DNA of 64,000 bases from assembly GCF_001194135.2 (NCBI RefSeq), contig NC_068983.1, positions 93,794,455 through 93,858,454 on the forward strand. The letters are read 5' to 3'. The translations under genes and the position numbers were made by a program. This stretch comes from Octopus bimaculoides. Its lineage: Eukaryota. Positions 1 to 13,205 of the stretch are shown piece by piece. Each line of letters starts with the position of its first letter. Within the stretch, counting starts at the first letter, position 1. A model generated the notes under the pieces. That model did not search any database, was not told where the DNA came from, and worked only from the letters and a program-made list of their open reading frames with translations.

Positions 1-443
1 TGCCCTAAATACATTTGTTGGAATTTCTTTGAGTAATATATTCTTCTATACACAATCATACACACCTGTGCATGTGTATATATATGGTATATATATATAT
101 ATATAGGAAAATGAAAAATAATAATAACAGACATAAACTTCCTGTTAAAAAAGAGTTCATAACTCCAACTAAAAAGATTTGTCTCCCCTTACACACACTT
201 CCTGTTTTGACACCACACTTCCTGCTTAATACAAACTTTTAGCCCCTTTTCTCTTTTTTTTAAACCTAACACAACTCTCAATTTTCATGCGTCCTTATTT
301 TTCCAACCATTATCTACATGAATTACAATTGAACTTTAAAAGCTCAAAGACAATATAATGTATTGGTATATTTATTTTTTTATATATCCTTTTTTTTTAT
401 ATATTATTTTTTTCATTTTTTACTTTGTAAAAAACATTTTCAT

Positions 444-811
444 NNNNNNNNNNNNNNNNNNNNNNNNNNNNNNNNNNNNNNNNNNNNNNNNNNNNNNNNN
501 NNNNNNNNNNNNNNNNNNNNNNNNNNNNNNNNNNNNNNNNNNNNNNNNNNNNNNNNNNNNNNNNNNNNNNNNNNNNNNNNNNNNNNNNNNNNNNNNNNNN
601 NNNNNNNNNNNNNNNNNNNNNNNNNNNNNNNNNNNNNNNNNNNNNNNNNNNNNNNNNNNNNNNNNNNNNNNNNNNNNNNNNNNNNNNNNNNNNNNNNNNN
701 NNNNNNNNNNNNNNNNNNNNNNNNNNNNNNNNNNNNNNNNNNNNNNNNNNNNNNNNNNNNNNNNNNNNNNNNNNNNNNNNNNNNNNNNNNNNNNNNNNNN
801 NNNNNNNNNNN
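444..811. other. Assembly gap (N-run) followed by (CA)n; further gaps at 27244-27253, 35830-35839, 43889-44312, 45982-45991 and 47913-48239
   Basis: Runs of N in the sequence; ORFs that span them are artefacts. Confidence 0.99.
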
Positions 812-870
<59 letters not shown>

Positions 871-1704
871 ATGAGTTAGATATAATGTTGCTGCATTGCC
901 TTCAATAGTGTTAAATTAACTATAGTAAAGCGAAATATAAGTATCAAATTCTTTTAATATTAAATAGAAATTTAGGTCTAGAAGTCATTTTACAATTTTT
1001 GTAATTTTCTTATTTCTTGTCACTGAAAATTTAAGTGATTAAATTCAGTATTGCAAAACTACATGATTTAATAAATGTTTTTGTTTTTAGAAACTTTTTA
1101 AAAAGTTAACCTATCTGGGGAAATTTATTAGTTTGTGAAGATGGAGGTTAGTTAGTGCTTTTGGGCTTCAGCAATATTCTAGACCATGAGGTATTGATAA
1201 TTGAATGAAGTTGATATAGTTAATAAGATCAATATCTAATTAGAAATAATGCTGGTTAGTAGCTGGAGGAAACACAAGCAACAAACAATTTTCAGAAAGA
1301 GTTTGAGGGTGTAAGGAATGGATGAAGGGAGACATAATTCAAAGGAGAATTATAAACCTGCACTGAGTGTAAACGTTAACGGCACTAGATAAATCTACGC
1401 AGAGAGTATCAGTGGAAGAATCAGAAAATTATGATTCAGAACTATGAGTTGCAGGCTGTAACTTTGATTGAAGATGATCTGTTACAAGAAAGATTAGGTA
1501 ATAGATACATGTGGAATGATATATTTGTGCCACCAGTTGTGAAGGGTCATACCAAGTTTGTTTTTATCACTTATTTAGAATAAAGGAGTTTTGGATTATT
1601 TAAATCTCATTTAATTTTTTAGGTATACAGTCAAATGTATGACATTTCTGTGCTACTTATAGAAATTAGACTTTCACTTCCAAATAAGATTATGATATTT
1701 TCAT

Positions 1705-2880
1705 TCTTTAGTTGTCATCATCGTCACATCTGCTTTCCTCTGCTTGTGTGAGTTAGATGAGTCTTTTTTAGTAGTATCACATTACTTGTTATAGTCCTTT
1801 GTCATCATCTTCATGAAGTTCAGCCTCTTCAGACAAGCTACCACCACTCCTTTTCCCATATCTTCTCCAGATGTTCTCTTCTCTTCCACATGATTCTTCT
1901 TCTTGGATTGCTTAACAGATCTTTACCCAACTACTACCCTCCATATGCATTACATGTCCATACCAGCACAGTTTTTACTCTTATAAATAAGAATATATTA
2001 TATCTAATTCCTCTTACACCCAGTCTTTTTATGTTTCAGCTCTTTTTTCTTTTCTTTTTTTTTTGCACGCTCACATTACACATTCTGTGAAGCACTATTG
2101 CTTCATTTCTTTCCATTCTTTGCACATCTTTTGCATTCAGTGCCCATCTTCCTCTGCCAAGCAACATTGCACTTTATGCATAAACATCATACAACCATTA
2201 ATTCACTGTTGTCAGCAGTGGCAATAGTTTCTTGAACTCTTTCACTCCATTCATACTCTGACTGTCATGCTTTCAGAACATCCACCTAATTTGGCCACCT
2301 TGGTTACAGAAACTATTAACTACTTTTTCAAAGCCTTCCAAACATTTGAAAGAATTTACTTCATGTGTGCTCCTGATGCTAACTACTTTTGTGCATCTGC
2401 TACACACTAAGTCTTGTCTTCTCTGTCGATCTACCTATATAATCCCATTGCATTTATTGTGCACCCATACTTTATATATCATTCATATTTCAGAATTCCT
2501 ATCTGATTCTTTTCTATATGCTGAGCATGGCAACTTCATAAATAGCAGCGGTGTTCTGTCATCATTTTTAATAACTAAGATTTTCACCTTCACCAGATTA
2601 CTTTGAGATCTTTTTAGTCTTTGCTTCTACATTTGGAATTTTTTCATTAATTCTTCAACAGCTATGAGAACTAGTTCATTAGTGAATAGAAGTACCTACT
2701 GACAGCTGGCTTTAAACTTCTCTGTTATGGCTTGAAAGGTAATAGTAAAAACTGTTGGGGTTCAAGAACATTGCCCTGCTAGACACCCACTTGTATGCTA
2801 ACTTCACTGAGCTCATTGTTAACTCATACTTAGCTGACATCATGTCAGTACATAGCTTGCACAACTCTCACATCTGCACC
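1705..2880 (-). mobile_element. Degraded RTE-clade LINE, 3' half (RT C-terminus to tail)
   Basis: Minus strand gives relics of VGV*QGNVL (QGSVLSP), LQAITEKFK and LLFTNELVLIA (LLYADDLVL), with a decayed (CAT)n-type tail at the left end. Many stops and frameshifts. Confidence 0.75.
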
Positions 2881-3193
2881 TAATTTTCTTTATAAATTAT
2901 ATTTTAAAATCAGTTTTGGGTGCATTTAAGTAAAGAGAGTTATATTAAGCTTCATTGTGAATACTTATTGCATTATATGGCTTACATATTATTTTACACA
3001 CTTTCCAATATTTTTATCTATAAATTATAAAAGCTTTTCTCCTTCATTATACTTGAATCCTCTCTTTCTATATATTTTTAGCCACTCCACTCTTATTTTA
3101 CTTTTAGTCAAGTCTTTAATTCATACTTTGCTTCACTTTTATAGATCTAGCTGCATATACATGATGTCTTCTGGGTATGATATAAATCATATA

Positions 3194-3230
<37 letters not shown>

Positions 3231-3682
3231 TTTATATATATATATCATAATAAAAGTATACATTTTAAGAGTGTTTATAGTACTTTTTGGGGTTCTTAAT
3301 GCAGCTTTTGTGCAGTGTATCAAAATCTCCATGCTATTTTTCATTGAAATTCTTGCTCTTTTTGGAAGTTTTGGTTTGTTGTTCTTAGATTGGTTTTTGA
3401 TAAGTAATAATGCCAGATCAAGTAAATAGTTTTCTAAATCCAGCCCCGACATTTGGGAGAACTAAATCAGCTTGCTTAGCATTTTTATAACCAATTGCTG
3501 TTTTGTTTTGTTATTTTATGTATAGATTTTTCAAAGAATTTGAATGTTTAAAAAAAAACAGAAGGGTCAACTTATATAAACATCGACGGTAACCCACAGT
3601 TTGTTCAATTCACATACAAATGCAGTGAATTACTATCAAACTAGAATAACTATTGATTATTGCTAAATGTTCATGCATATTT

Positions 3683-3746
3683 AAGATTTTTAACAGAGAA
3701 TGTTTTGTCATTGGTTAATGACAAAACATTCTCTGTTAAAAATCTT
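3683..3746. repeat. Perfect 30-bp inverted repeat with 4-nt loop
   Basis: AAGATTTTTAACAGAGAATGTTTTGTCATT-GGTT-AATGACAAAACATTCTCTGTTAAAAATCTT, checked base by base. Confidence 0.97.
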
Positions 3747-4804
3747 CCTTAAGCTTCTTACAAGTTGTATTCATACATTAGGGTAACTTGTTTGTTGATA
3801 GGAAATACAACACCACAGCCTTTTTCAGGAATAAGACATCATTATTAAATCCTTTCATCAATATAAACATGATGCAGAAGAAAAGCATGAAAATAATTAT
3901 ATATGATAGCAGATTAAATTGCAAAGAACATACAGAACTCCTTAAAGATTAGACATGAAGAACATAGAAAAGCATGGAAAAGCATTGACCATTGACAACA
4001 AGTCAATTCATTTTCCTGAGATAACCTCAGAGAGGTTTTAGCTGGTAGTGGCTCATATCAGGGATACTTCAACAGCAACACCAGTACTTCACCATTTCTG
4101 AGAACTTGGAAGCTCTAAGCCAATGAGGGAACCTCTTCACTATTGTTTCTAAAGGTGGAATGCATGTACCACAGCAATATTTTGGCAAGACATGGATTTC
4201 TTTACAATGGGCATAAGCAAGTGACAAGTGAATGAAACTTGCCAATATAGTTTTTGCTATCCAGCAGCATGTTGATAATTGTTCTTATGCAACATGGTGT
4301 AGCCTAATGATTTGAGAGGTTCCCTGTTATGTTTTGCAGTATCTTATGGATGTTACACTTCATACCTTCCTACATACCTTCCTGCAACACTACAATAAAA
4401 TCTCTTAATTATGTGAGTGCAGTGATATTGTATAATCGCATTCCTATGTTTATATATATATATATGTATATATATATACTGTGATTGTTCATGGCAGGAT
4501 ACATGTTTTCTTGGAAAATCCAAGTTGGATGTGGGCCAAAATAGTTGAGAAACACTTTTCTACATTGTCACTCAATCTGCCAGAAATACCAGCTAACTTC
4601 CTTTACATTGACCAATGTAGTTCTGGATATATGAAAATATTGGATGATCATAACTGGAAGATTTTGATCACAGGTCTCTTCATTTAGGGCCACCGTGAGT
4701 CAAACAACAACAGCAACAACAAAAGCTTACCAACCGCCTTCAGTGAGAGTTTACTTCTTTTTTTTCCCCTCTTTTTTTTTCCAAATATAATAAACACTTT
4801 CATT

Positions 4805-4980
4805 TTATTCTTTTTTATTTGTTTCTGTCATTAGACTGCAGCCATACTGAAGCACCACCTTGATGTTTTACTTGAATGAATCAACTCCAGTACTTATTCT
4901 TTTTTAAGCCTAGTACTTAACCTATCAATCTCTTTCACCAAACCAGTAAGTTACGTGGATGTAAACACAAAAGCAAACTC
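4805..4980 (-). mobile_element. SINE family D (microsatellite-hinged), 3' half
   Basis: Matches the 3' half of the copies at 22170, 28540 and 29710 (GACTGCAGCCATACTG...CTAGTACTT...CTATC). Confidence 0.75.
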
Positions 4981-5172
4981 AACATAAGCATCCTTCGTCC
5001 AGGATAGTCATTGTTAGAATGCTTTCAATTATAGATCAATGTGATCAAAACTGATTTGGACCTGAACGAAATCTTGCATTAGTTTTTCCTGTTCAAACTT
5101 CATCAGAGTCCTGGGAAATATACATGCATTAATTTTTTAAAATTTACTATTATAGATTGCTGGCAGGGAGAT

Positions 5173-5798
5173 GAGTCACTGCTATCTCTAGCGGTTGAGT
5201 GTCCATCATTAACAAAACCTAACATGGTTGAAATCATGTGATCTGATGGTCTCAGTACTGGAGGTAGTGGACATTTATCTCCCCAATAAAGATATGAACA
5301 AGAGTGCACTTATGCACCAAAAAACCTATATGAGAGTTTCTCTCATGATAACTACTGCAGTATAGTTTGTTCTAATAGAACATACACATTTAATTGGGGT
5401 TGAATATTACCTCTCAGTACTAATCCTACTTCTGTTACTAATATATATATTTTTTAACAAGCTCACTGGCTAATCATGACACTAGTATCTGTTCTTACAC
5501 TGTTTTTCTAATTATCACTGCTAGAGTCACTGCTATCTCTAGCAGTTGAGTATCTATCATTGATAAAAACAAGGAAGGTCGAAATCATGTGATCTGTTTA
5601 TTTCGGCACTCGAGATGGTGGGGATTTATCTTACCACTAGTAATGTAAACAACAGCAGATTTTGCACCAAAAACCCAATATGAGAGTTTCTCTCCTGGTA
5701 TCAACTGCAGTATAATTTGTTCTAACAGAACATGCACATTTAAGTGGGGATAAATATTACCTCTCAGTATTAATACTGCCTCTGTTGCTAATATATAT
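5173..5798. repeat. Diverged tandem duplication of about 275 bp (5173-5450 and 5524-5798; period about 351 bp)
   Basis: Shared blocks in the same order: GAGTCACTGCTATCTCTAGC, GAAATCATGTGATCTG, ATATGAGAGTTTCTCTC, AATATTACCTCTCAGTA. Confidence 0.9.
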
Positions 5799-6106
5799 TA
5801 TGTATGCTGTATTTTATTTTGAAAATTGCTTTGGCCTAACTTGTTTTTGTTAATTTGAAGAGAGATTATGCTAAGCCCTTCTAGGCTATATGATATATAT
5901 ATTTATGTGTGATGAAATTAGTGTTCATTTTTAATTTGTATTGTTTCTAAGAGAAATACAGCACTCCAGGCAGTTTTCTCATAGGTTATATTATATAGAA
6001 TGATTTAGAAGTCCCTTTAACATTTATATGATACATGAAATTTTAATTTTTTTGTTAATATTTTTTTTTATGTTTAATACTGTTTATGCTATTTTCTTGT
6101 GATTAT

Positions 6107-6165
<59 letters not shown>

Positions 6166-6254
6166 TATACATATGCATGTATGTATGTTTGTATAAGAAA
6201 AATGTCACTATCAAAAGGTGAGAGTATATTCATTGTCCTAAAAATAGCACAATA

Positions 6255-7462
6255 TGCAGAGTGTGAGAAGTATTTGAGGACATATTTGGTAATTTAATAA
6301 AATGACTCTAATCTAACAAAAACCAAATATATTTTTATAACGATGTGTGCACATGTTCTTGCTAACACCATTCTATAAATCTGCCTTCACTCTTTGATAA
6401 CTGCTTCAATGCTAGATCAGAATTATTTATATGATTACACTAAATGGTCCTTATTCATTTCAGACACAACCAGGATGATAGTGGCCTTCAGTGAAGCTAT
6501 GATATTCTGAGGATGTTGATTAATCTTCCTTTCAGTAATGTCCTAAATATAGTAATCCATGAGATTTAAATCTCACAAGTTTGGAAGCCACAACTTTGGT
6601 GAGAAGGTGTCGAGTCTTGTTGAAACATATATGGCCTTCCTTTGTGTACTTCATCCATCTAGGGTTTAACAACTGTCTCCGACACCTCAAAGTATCCAGT
6701 AGCATTAATTTTAAGACTCAGTGGAAAGATGTAAAAGGTACAGACATGACTTTCCTTACTCACCACTCCTAAAACTATCACAATTGCTAGAAACCTTGTG
6801 TGCATCACTCTGGTGATATCAGAAGCATCTGCTCATAACCATTTATCATTTCTCTTGTTAGACTTTTGGTCATAGTCAAAGTTTTTCTTATCAAAGAAGA
6901 AACAAAGTATGCCATGTTCACAAGGATTTTCAGGCTTGTTAAATGATCATTTGGCAGGGATCAAACAGTGTTCCTATGTTTTTGCAGGCATGAATTGATC
7001 TCTTCTCAGCACATATGACTTGTATCAAATATCTTCGTGCACCACAGTTCTGATAGTCCATTCTGACACTTGAAGTTCTTTGGTGATGGCCCTTGTTGAT
7101 TTTCCAGGAAGACTATTGATAATATTTGAAACCATTGGTTAAATTGTAATGTTTTTATAGTGTGTCTAATTGTTTAGAATGATTTGTTTTCTCTTTGGCA
7201 CAATTGAAACATTCCCACCAGATGCTTCCAATTCCAGCCAAACTTTATGCATAATAAATCTTGCAACATTTAGAAAGTTGGCAATTTGTAAATTGCCACT
7301 TTCCCCACATATGGCAACAATGACCGCATCACTTTTTATGACTTGTGTTAGTACTTTATTTTCTATGAGGGAATGTGAAAAAAATAAAAAGCTTTTGAAT
7401 AGTTTAAAGAGAATAATATACATAGAATTAGGTATCCTCAAATACTCCTGGCATAGTTTGTA
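6255..7462 (-). mobile_element. Degraded Tc1/mariner-superfamily (maT/DD37D-like) DNA transposon
   Basis: Minus-strand relics include PGKSTRAITKELQVSEWTIRTVVHEDI, FFFDKKNF, KGRPYMFQQDSTPSH and DLNLMDYYI. Imperfect TIRs share AGTATTTGAGGA and are flanked by TA. The catalytic spacing cannot be counted because of a deletion. Confidence 0.85.
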
Positions 7463-7924
7463 TATACAAACTATGGCTGTAACACAGAATCAAGGATGAC
7501 TTGATTCTGGGAGAATGTACCATGCTTTTGCTAATTGTTTTAGATTTTTATATAATCATGAGCTAGCATACACCTTCTCAGCTCTTCACTCTTGATCAGT
7601 GGAACATCCAGGCTTGGATGATCCAATGGATCAAGCAGATGGCTGGAGAGAGAGGGAAGAGATGGGGAGAAGGATAGAGAGAGGAGGAGAGGACTATGCC
7701 GTCACTCAGTCGGTGCTCATTTCAACTGAGTAGAGTGGAACTGTATGAAAGTACTTTACTCAAGGACACAGCAAGCTGTCCAGTCCATAAATCAAACACA
7801 CAGCTCTTTGTGAATGTGTACCCAAATATCATCATCATCATCATCATCATCATCGTCAGAAAACATACACACACACAGACATGAGAAGGACTTTTGGATC
7901 CCCCTGTAAATTTTCTTGTTTTTA

Positions 7925-7959
<35 letters not shown>

Positions 7960-10900
7960 CAATATTATTGAATTTGTTCTTTCCTAACTTTTAAAGAAAG
8001 ATCAAAACTTAGAAAATTGTGAATATGAAAGGGAAGCAAAAATGTTGTGAAATAACTTTTAAACATTTAGAAGACAGATCAAATTAAACAAATAGTGGAA
8101 TAACTTTAAAACATTTAGTAACTTATTGAGATTTTTATGAAAAGAAATCTAAAGTTATAAAATAGTAAAAATGTGTAAGTACTTTGCCATATTTGAATAA
8201 TATTTCCTTCATTTCTTTAAAATTGTTATTATTATAACAGTGAAGTTTAAAGTTGGAGGCAGGAAGTTGTAGAGGAGATGATCACAGTGAATGAGGGCCA
8301 TAAAGAAAAGTGAGCTTTTTGAGAAAAGATGGCATTTCAGAATGAACAACAAAATATACTAAAATTGGAATTTTTAAGAGTTTACTATATTTTTGAATTT
8401 ATTGAAAAGTTTTAGTGTTTGGTTATCTATATAGATATCCTTAGCTTTTGGTCATTAAATATAAGGTTAGTATTTGCAAGGAACACATAATCCAGTTAAA
8501 AGTTCTAAAGGCATGAAGTTCTTGTGTGAAAGAATTTAACAAAATACAAAAGTTATGATCTCGATAATGAGACAGTTTCAGGTGAGAGAAAACATGCATA
8601 TTTCAAAACTTATGCTTATTTTCAATGATTCCCTTTGTGTTTTGTAATGTTAAGGAATTATTGTAGTGTCATAGGAATTTTGGAGGGAAGCATTAGTGCA
8701 TGTGCAATGCTGGAATTCTGCCATGAGTTATTGGTTGACATAGCAGCAGTAAAAGAAAGCTTTCAAATCCATCTAATGGAATATAGCTAGTATTGTGTTG
8801 GAAAATAAAGAGATGGTTTCAATTGCTCTAATTGGACTGGAATATTGCCTTCATCATCATCATCATTGAAATATACAATAAATGAATTTGTTTTACAACC
8901 AGGTTTTATTTCTTTAATTTTTTTTTCTTTTTAATCCATATAAATACATTCCATTTGGCTCTTCATTTGTGCACCTGACCATAAATTTTAAAGATTAATA
9001 TCTCAATTTCTATACTTTTATCATGTGACTTTATTCACTAATGTCAGTTATAGAGAAGATAATGTACAAATGCATGACAGAAGTTGTAGACCACCTCTGA
9101 TTTGCTTTATAGTTCATCTGAACCAGTTGTAAAGAAATGAGGGGAAGCACTCAAACAATTCTTGCTTTGGAGAAGATGTATAAGTGGTTAGTATTGAGAA
9201 GATATATTACTTTGTATAGTTTTTACCGTCTTTATTATTGTAGGACTTTAAAAAGTTTGATACTAAATTCAAAAGTTGAGAAGTTATGTCATCCTTTAGC
9301 TATCTCTGGCCTCAAGCTATAACAGATTGATTATATGGGCAGTGACCAGCCTATGCTAACATTGACTACATTAGCACTGACCTACCTGTCTAAAAAGACA
9401 AAAAAAAATTGATTTGTTTTTTAGATCTGATTTTTAAATGGTTTGGATTCAAATATTTCTTAATACGCATCTGTGAAATGGAAGGGGTATGTTTTTAGCC
9501 ACATTGACAAAGTCAAGTTGAGCAAGTTGAGCAGCATTTTGTGCTGGGAGAGTTTGATCTGATGACAGTGTTGTACATAATATAAATACATTAACCATGA
9601 TGTCACAGCACCACATCAGAATACTTACTTATACAGCCAAACTGTCAAAACTATCTTCCATCCATATAGCCTGACAACTTAATTTACTGCATATTATAAA
9701 CGTGAGTAAGCAATGTATTCAGCAGTGTTAAATATGATGAGGTGATAGGAATCTACTTCAGTGTTCATCTTTACATTACAGATATGAATGACTTGTCATA
9801 TATTTGTCTACATTGTTGAGAAAATATCTGGTTAATTGAGACTTGAGAGAAAAAATCATGTACTCACCTTCTAGTCTGTGATTATTCACTAACGTCTCAG
9901 ATTTCTTGTTTGATTAACATTGAAGAGATTTTATGTATATGTGTTAGGATGTAGAAGTGTAGCCTTCAAGATGTTGCAGCTTAGTAATAAAGTTTTGGTT
10001 TCAGATAAATGTCAAATTAAGTGATCTCTATCAAAATTTTTATTCAAAATTTTACAAAAGTTGACTAAAGATTCTTAAGTTTACATTCTATTTTAGACAG
10101 AAAAGGACTAGCCTCTAGCCTCAGGAATTCCTAGGTTGTGTTAAGTGTGGTTGCTGCTTGTTTTGAATAGATGTCATATCAAGAATTTATTATTATGTTA
10201 TGGAAGAACAGATTTTATTTCTTTATTGCTTTGAATTCCATGGTCAAATCAACTTTACTCCCAAAATGATAAAACATTAAGAGAAATTTTATTCATTTTA
10301 GATTTTCCTAAAAGTTTCAGCAAAAATATTTCTAGTTACTGAAAATTGTCATGACTTGAAGATTTTCTAAACTTTTGAGAGAACAAAATTTGCAATGCCT
10401 TCCACAACTTCAAAAGAAAATCCTTTTATATGAAAGCCATGTTGAAATTCTAAACATTAATTTGGAAAATTTCCTGAGAATGACTTTCAAGCAAAGTCAA
10501 ATGAAATAAATTTTGAAAAATGAGTTGTGATTAAAACTTAATTACCAAATCAAGTGAGTACCTCAAGTCCAGAGTTGAATCATTTGCAGGAAACACCTGA
10601 AGCAATGAACTGCATCAATAATGAGAGATTATTATTTCCAGTGGGAAATAATTACTTCCTGTTTTATGTCTTAGATGTTTCAGATTTCAGTTGGTGATTA
10701 CAGTTTCTTTCGCATAATGTTAGTGTAACCCTTTTGTGGTGCAATTAGCAAGTGTTTCATATTTTAATATTGCTTTAGTTGTATTCTATTTTGCTGAAAA
10801 TTCATAGAAGTATTTTCATTAGCATTACAATTACTAATCTACTGCATTTACTTGTGTGTACTATACTCTTTTCCCAGATTTTTAAACCCTCAGATTCTGG

Positions 10901-11047
10901 TTGCAATCTACATATGAAAACAAAATGGTCTCCATGTTGTCTCTGCTCCAAGTGCACTTTACATTCTGGTCAGTATGACCTGAAGTAAATTGTATCTATT
11001 GTTCAAGCTGACTGGTATATAACAAAGAGTTTAAATCACTGCAATAA

Positions 11048-11845
11048 CACCATATATACTCATAAAGTTGCACTTTTTAACTGAGATAAAGGGCATGAAA
11101 TGCTGTCTGTGGCTTATCAATTACACTTTACTCTGGGCTTGAAATTCATAACAAGCCTTAACATATACACATCCTCATCAGCAAATGATTGTGTATGTAG
11201 AACAGGTTGATCATGATATTGTTATGCAGTCACTATGAATATCAATATTGTAAATAAACACAGGATACATCTCTTGCAGAAACAAAAGTGTTTGTAATAT
11301 CTATGTTATATTGCTCATATCCATCTGTATGTTTGCATATATATACACAGATTTGCTGGCAGAAGTTTTGAAAAAATGCCTTGTATTTCTGCTTGAAAAA
11401 GATGTTACAAGATTTGAGCATAATCACTAAAGGAAAAAAATTGAGTTATGAGGCTGGTTTTAAGTTGTGTGATATTGAAAAGGTTGAAGAGCATAGGAAT
11501 TGTAGTACTAGGACAGAGTTTTGTGTGTCAGAAAAACTAGTGAGGGACTGGAGTAAACATTCAATACAATGTGAAAACAAAATATGCCAGAATGTTTTTC
11601 TATAACAGAAACTGGAGAAAGATTTATATAGTTGGGCATGTGAATTACACATGAATGAACTTTTCATTCACATGACTATTAGAACAAAAGTTAATAGATA
11701 TAATTATTCATGGATAGCTTACAGCTATCTATGGGTACAAGCAAATGTAATATTTCTCAAAAGTTCTGCATTTCAGCTGGGTGGTGGATGCAGTTTATGA
11801 ACAGAACTGGTCTAGCATTACGATAGCAAACCAATTGGGATAATT
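11048..11845 (+). mobile_element. pogo-type transposon relic: left end, BrkDBD-like domain and CENP-B HTH
   Basis: KKLSYEAGFKL...FCVSEKLVRDWSK (ORF 11381-11605) resembles the N-terminus of POGK-like transposases. A later relic reads GWWMQFMNRTGLALR. A pogo-like terminus CATATATACTCATAAAGTTGCAC lies near 11050. Confidence 0.75.
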
Positions 11846-12884
11846 GATTCATGAAACTATTGTGAGATTATTTTGAATATATTTTTAATGAAGTTCATTA
11901 AAATCAATTCATAAATGTTTATTTCATTCAAACACAGTTGCAAGGATTTAATAAAAGTAATTAAATGAAGACATTCGATAATGACAGTGTTTACATTCTG
12001 TGTTATGTGTTTTATAGCCTTCTGAAGGTTGGGGGCAGTAATTCCACATTTGCCTATAAAATTAAAAGGTCACTTTAAGTCTGTAAAGTTCAACAGTTAC
12101 TTTTGATTTGTTTAGGTTGCATGAATTTTCTCAGAGCATTTAAGTCAGCTATTATAATAAATTTGACCAAAGGCTATCTTTAGAAAAGTCAGTGCATATT
12201 ATACATAAGTTATTTCCTTCAGGCTTTCATAGCAAAAAATAGATAAATAAATGAATAGATGTGCACATTATGTATGAGTGCATATTATTTATAGCATATA
12301 AATATAATTTTGTGTTATTTAATTACATTAAATATTTTTGTTGAGATTAAAGTAAATGGCATATATTATATATAAATAGCTTCAGTTTGTTACATGGGTT
12401 AGTTCAATAATTACTAGAAACAGCACAAGATTCTAGTAGTAAGAAGTCAAAGAGAGCATAGCACTATAATCTTATAGTGATACAAAAGATTACATATTTA
12501 TTGTGCATACATGAAAGATATAATGATTGGAAATATTTACTGAATTCAGCATGAATGAAGGCTCCATGTTGTTGTAGCATAACATTTATGACAAGTTACA
12601 GGCAATCAATGACTTAAGATTAACCCATTGATGAGTCAACAAAGGAGCCTTTACATGGCCTGGCAACCTGCTAGAAATTGTAACCAAATTTCTCTTAATC
12701 ATACCCAGCCATTTTAAATAAGGGAAAAACCCACTGGATAGTGTAGTTGTGGATATCACTAAAGAAAGCAGGGATCTTCACAGTTTGACTGTTTTTGATC
12801 ATAGATCTACTTGATTAGGCATAAATTAACATAGGTTTTGTAATTTGATGTGCTTTATTTACATCCCAGCTGCCAGCCTACTAT

Positions 12885-13205
12885 GGCACTCTGTAGTTAC
12901 GACAACAAGGGTTCCAGTTGATCTGATCAACAGAACAGCTTGTTTGTGAAATTAACATGCATGTGGCTGAGCACTCCACAGACACATGTATCCTTAATGT
13001 AGTTCTCAGGGAGATTCAGTGTGACACAGAGTGTTTGCAAGGCTGTCCCTTTGAAATACAGATAGTATTCATATTTGCCAGTTGATTAGACTGGAGCTAT
13101 GTGAAATAAAGTGTCTTGCTCAAGGACACAACGTGTCACTGGGAATTGAACTCACAACCTTACGATCATAAGCCAAATACCCTAACCACTAAGCCATGCA
13201 CCTTT
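12885..13205 (-). mobile_element. tRNA-derived SINE family A
   Basis: Reverse complement shows an A-box/B-box head (TGGCTTAGTGGTTAGG...GAGTTCAATTCC), the TGTGTCCTTGAGCAAGACACTT core and the family A tail. Confidence 0.85.

Noticed and set aside
358-908. Long ORFs spanning N-runs or microsatellites (also 16089-16368, 43762-44573, 47811-48379, 49904-50224, 52007-52421, 57938-58517)
   Set aside because: These are translations of gaps or di/trinucleotide repeats (poly-X, THTH, YIYI, CVCV, poly-I/L/Y), not genes.
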